Below are positions 24,440-26,397 of a stretch of 26,397 nucleotides of DNA, in pieces (positions within the stretch are counted from its first letter, which is position 1; each line of letters begins with the position of its first letter). Both the position numbers and the translations under genes were made by a program. This DNA is from Anaerolineales bacterium UBA6128 (lineage in GTDB: Bacteria > Chloroflexota > Anaerolineae > UBA1429): positions 1,888-28,284 of the forward strand of contig DIVQ01000020.1 of the NCBI GenBank assembly GCA_002423325.1, in the 5' to 3' direction. Below the pieces are notes generated by a model, which saw only the letters and a program-made list of their open reading frames with translations, was not told the origin of the DNA and did no database searches.

Positions 24440-26397
24440 ATGGCAGACAATCAGACTGACGAACATACCTTTCACATCAGCGGGATGGACTGCCCCGACT
24501 GTGCCGCGAGCCTCGAAAAGGCGGTTCGCGCCCTGGCCGGCGTGGCCGATGCCAGCCTGAGCTTTGCGACGGCCAAGCTTACCGTCAGGCCCGCGTCGGG
24601 CGCCGACGTCACTCAGCGCGTGGTCGCGCTGGCCGAGTCGCTCGGCTATGTCGCCACGCCGGAGGGCAGCGCTCCCAGCGACGCGCCAGCCGGAGCGCTG
24701 GCCTGGCTGGCCACGCATCGCCGCAATGCCCTGATGCTGCTGGGCGCTCTGCTGCTCGTCGCGGGTTTGGTCGCCCGCGGATTCGGCGCCCCGGCGGTGC
24801 TTTCGCGTGTGCTGTACGGGCTCGCCATCCTGTCCGGCGGCGTTTATGTGGCGCGCGCCGGTTTGATCGCGCTGGTCAAAACGCGCAGCCTGGACATGAA
24901 CGCGCTGATGACCCTCGCAGCCCTCGGAGCCATGGCCGTCGGCGAGTTCGAGGAAGGCGCGGTGACGGTACTGCTCTTTTCCTTCGGCGAGTTGCTCGAG
25001 TCCTACTCGATGGACCGCGCGCGCAATGCGCTGCGCGCCCTGCTCAAGCTCGCCCCCGCCGAGGCCACCCGCCTCAATACGCCGCACCAGCACGACGACG
25101 AGGACGATGACGACGACGGACACCACGCCGACGTCGCCTGCTCGCTCGAGCCCGGCGGCTGCTGTGCCTGCAACGCGACCAGCGCCGAGGAGCGCGTGCC
25201 GATCGGCGCGCTGCGCGTCGGTGACCGCATCCTCATCCGACCGGGCGAGCGGGTCCCAATGGACGGGCGCATTCTGGAGGGGCGCTCGGGGCTGGACCAG
25301 TCGCCCATCACGGGCGAATCGCTGCCCGTCGACAAGCGCGAAGGCGACGAGGTCTACGCCGGCAGCGTCAACGGCGCGGGCGCCCTGAGCGTGCAAGTCA
25401 CACGGCTGGCCGAAGACAACACCATCGCGCGCATCATCCGCCTGGTGGAGGAGGCGCAGGCCCAACGCGCTCCCTCGCAACGCCTGGTGGACCGTTTTGC
25501 GCGCGTCTACACGCCCATCGTCATCGGCCTGGCGCTGTTGATCGCCGTCATCCCGCCACTGGTCGGTTGGGGCGCGTGGTCAGAGTGGGTCTACCGCGCG
25601 CTGGTGCTGTTGGTGATCTCGTGCCCGTGCGCGCTGGTCATCTCGACGCCCGTAACGATTGTCAGTGCGCTGGCCCGCGCGGCCCGCGCGGGCGTGCTCA
25701 TCAAGGGGGGACGCCATCTTGAGGCACTGGGAGATCTGCGCGTGGTCGCCTTTGACAAGACCGGCACCCTGACGCGCGGCCAGCCAGTGGTCATCGGTGC
25801 CACCTGCGAGTTGGACGGTCAACACAGCGCGTGCGAGCGCTGCGATGACCTGGTAGCCCGCGCCGCCGCCCTGGAGAGCCGCTCCGAGCACGCCCTGGCA
25901 CGTGCGGTGTTAGCCTGGGCCGATGCGTTGGGCGTGTCTCAACGCTATGCCCCTGCGCAAGAGGTTACTGCCTGCGCCGGGATGGGCATCGAGGGGCTGG
26001 TGGACGGTCACAGGGTGCGCATCGGCAACCATGCCTTTTCGCATCGCGAAGGCGAGGCGCACGTGCCGTTGTGCGCGGGGGTCGAAGAGGCTGAGCGCCA
26101 GGGACAGACGGTGCTCGTGATCCACGACGAGACCGCCGACGAACGCTGCTACCTGGCCGTTTCTGACACACTGCGCGAGGGAGTTCCCGCCATGCTGCGT
26201 GGCCTGACGCAAGCCGGGATCCGGCACACCGTGATGCTCACCGGCGACAACACCCACATCGCCGAGACAATCGCGCGCGAGGCCGGCATCGACGAGGTCC
26301 GCGCCGGGTTGCTGCCGGAGGACAAAGTGGGGGCCGTCGAGCAACTGGGGGCGCAGCATGGCGCACTGGCCATGGTGGGGGATGGGGTGAACGACGC
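24440..26397 (+). CDS. P1B-type heavy-metal translocating ATPase (Zn/Cd/Pb-type), 3'-truncated by the window edge
   Basis: N-terminal HMA domain GMDCPDC; a transmembrane CPC motif; DKTGTLT phosphorylation site; GDGVNDA. There is no stop to the end of the window, so it is absent from the ORF track. GGGTGAG RBS before ATG 24440. Confidence 0.9.
   Translation, partial: MADNQTDEHTFHISGMDCPDCAASLEKAVRALAGVADASLSFATAKLTVRPASGADVTQRVVALAESLGYVATPEGSAPSDAPAGALAWLATHRRNALMLLGALLLVAGLVARGFGAPAVLSRVLYGLAILSGGVYVARAGLIALVKTRSLDMNALMTLAALGAMAVGEFEEGAVTVLLFSFGELLESYSMDRARNALRALLKLAPAEATRLNTPHQHDDEDDDDDGHHADVACSLEPGGCCACNATSAEERVPIGALRVGDRILIRPGERVPMDGRILEGRSGLDQSPITGESLPVDKREGDEVYAGSVNGAGALSVQVTRLAEDNTIARIIRLVEEAQAQRAPSQRLVDRFARVYTPIVIGLALLIAVIPPLVGWGAWSEWVYRALVLLVISCPCALVISTPVTIVSALARAARAGVLIKGGRHLEALGDLRVVAFDKTGTLTRGQPVVIGATCELDGQHSACERCDDLVARAAALESRSEHALARAVLAWADALGVSQRYAPAQEVTACAGMGIEGLVDGHRVRIGNHAFSHREGEAHVPLCAGVEEAERQGQTVLVIHDETADERCYLAVSDTLREGVPAMLRGLTQAGIRHTVMLTGDNTHIAETIAREAGIDEVRAGLLPEDKVGAVEQLGAQHGALAMVGDGVND

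Noticed and set aside
1-26397. rRNA, tRNA, tmRNA, CRISPR arrays, transposase or integrase genes
   Set aside because: I recognised none on either strand by eye. Intergenic regions are short (25-235 nt) and are accounted for by promoters, terminators and the zupT remnants. The tRNA call is by eye only and a scan with tRNAscan/Infernal would be needed to be sure.

Overview
This is a high-GC (by eye about 65-70%) bacterial chromosomal window; the taxon cannot be assigned from sequence alone. About 22 genes are supported: a glycolytic/housekeeping block (pgk 3' part, pfkA, gpmA, rpiA, dus, lspA-rluD), a GH29 alpha-L-fucosidase, the ZIP zinc importer zupT, a flotillin/NfeD/bacterial-PH-domain membrane-microdomain operon, a GAF-GGDEF diguanylate cyclase, a carboxymuconolactone-decarboxylase (AhpD-like) protein, and an ArsR/SmtB-family repressor directly upstream of a P1B-type heavy-metal ATPase that runs off the 3' end of the window. 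No rRNA, tRNA or CRISPR was recognised. Several things stand out. (1) Three same-orientation copies of the zupT 3' end (one intact, two degenerate remnants) bracket two cargo genes, one of which (9203-10798) is visibly lower in GC with atypical codons; this looks like serial insertion at the zupT 3' terminus. (2) A 636-aa single ORF fuses a calcineurin-like metallophosphoesterase to an M20 peptidase. (3) Two tandem paralogous 407-aa DUF362 proteins share a conserved ~100-aa C-terminal extension. (4) A DUF438/PAS gene is split by a 1-nt frameshift and contains a 30-bp x3 in-frame tandem repeat encoding an (APTGA)6 linker. (5) The P1B ATPase carries an unusual Asp/His/Cys-rich cytoplasmic insertion; its putative ArsR operator is a perfect 12-bp palindrome. 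Most of the long ORFs in the six-frame track that run antisense to these genes are high-GC artefacts.
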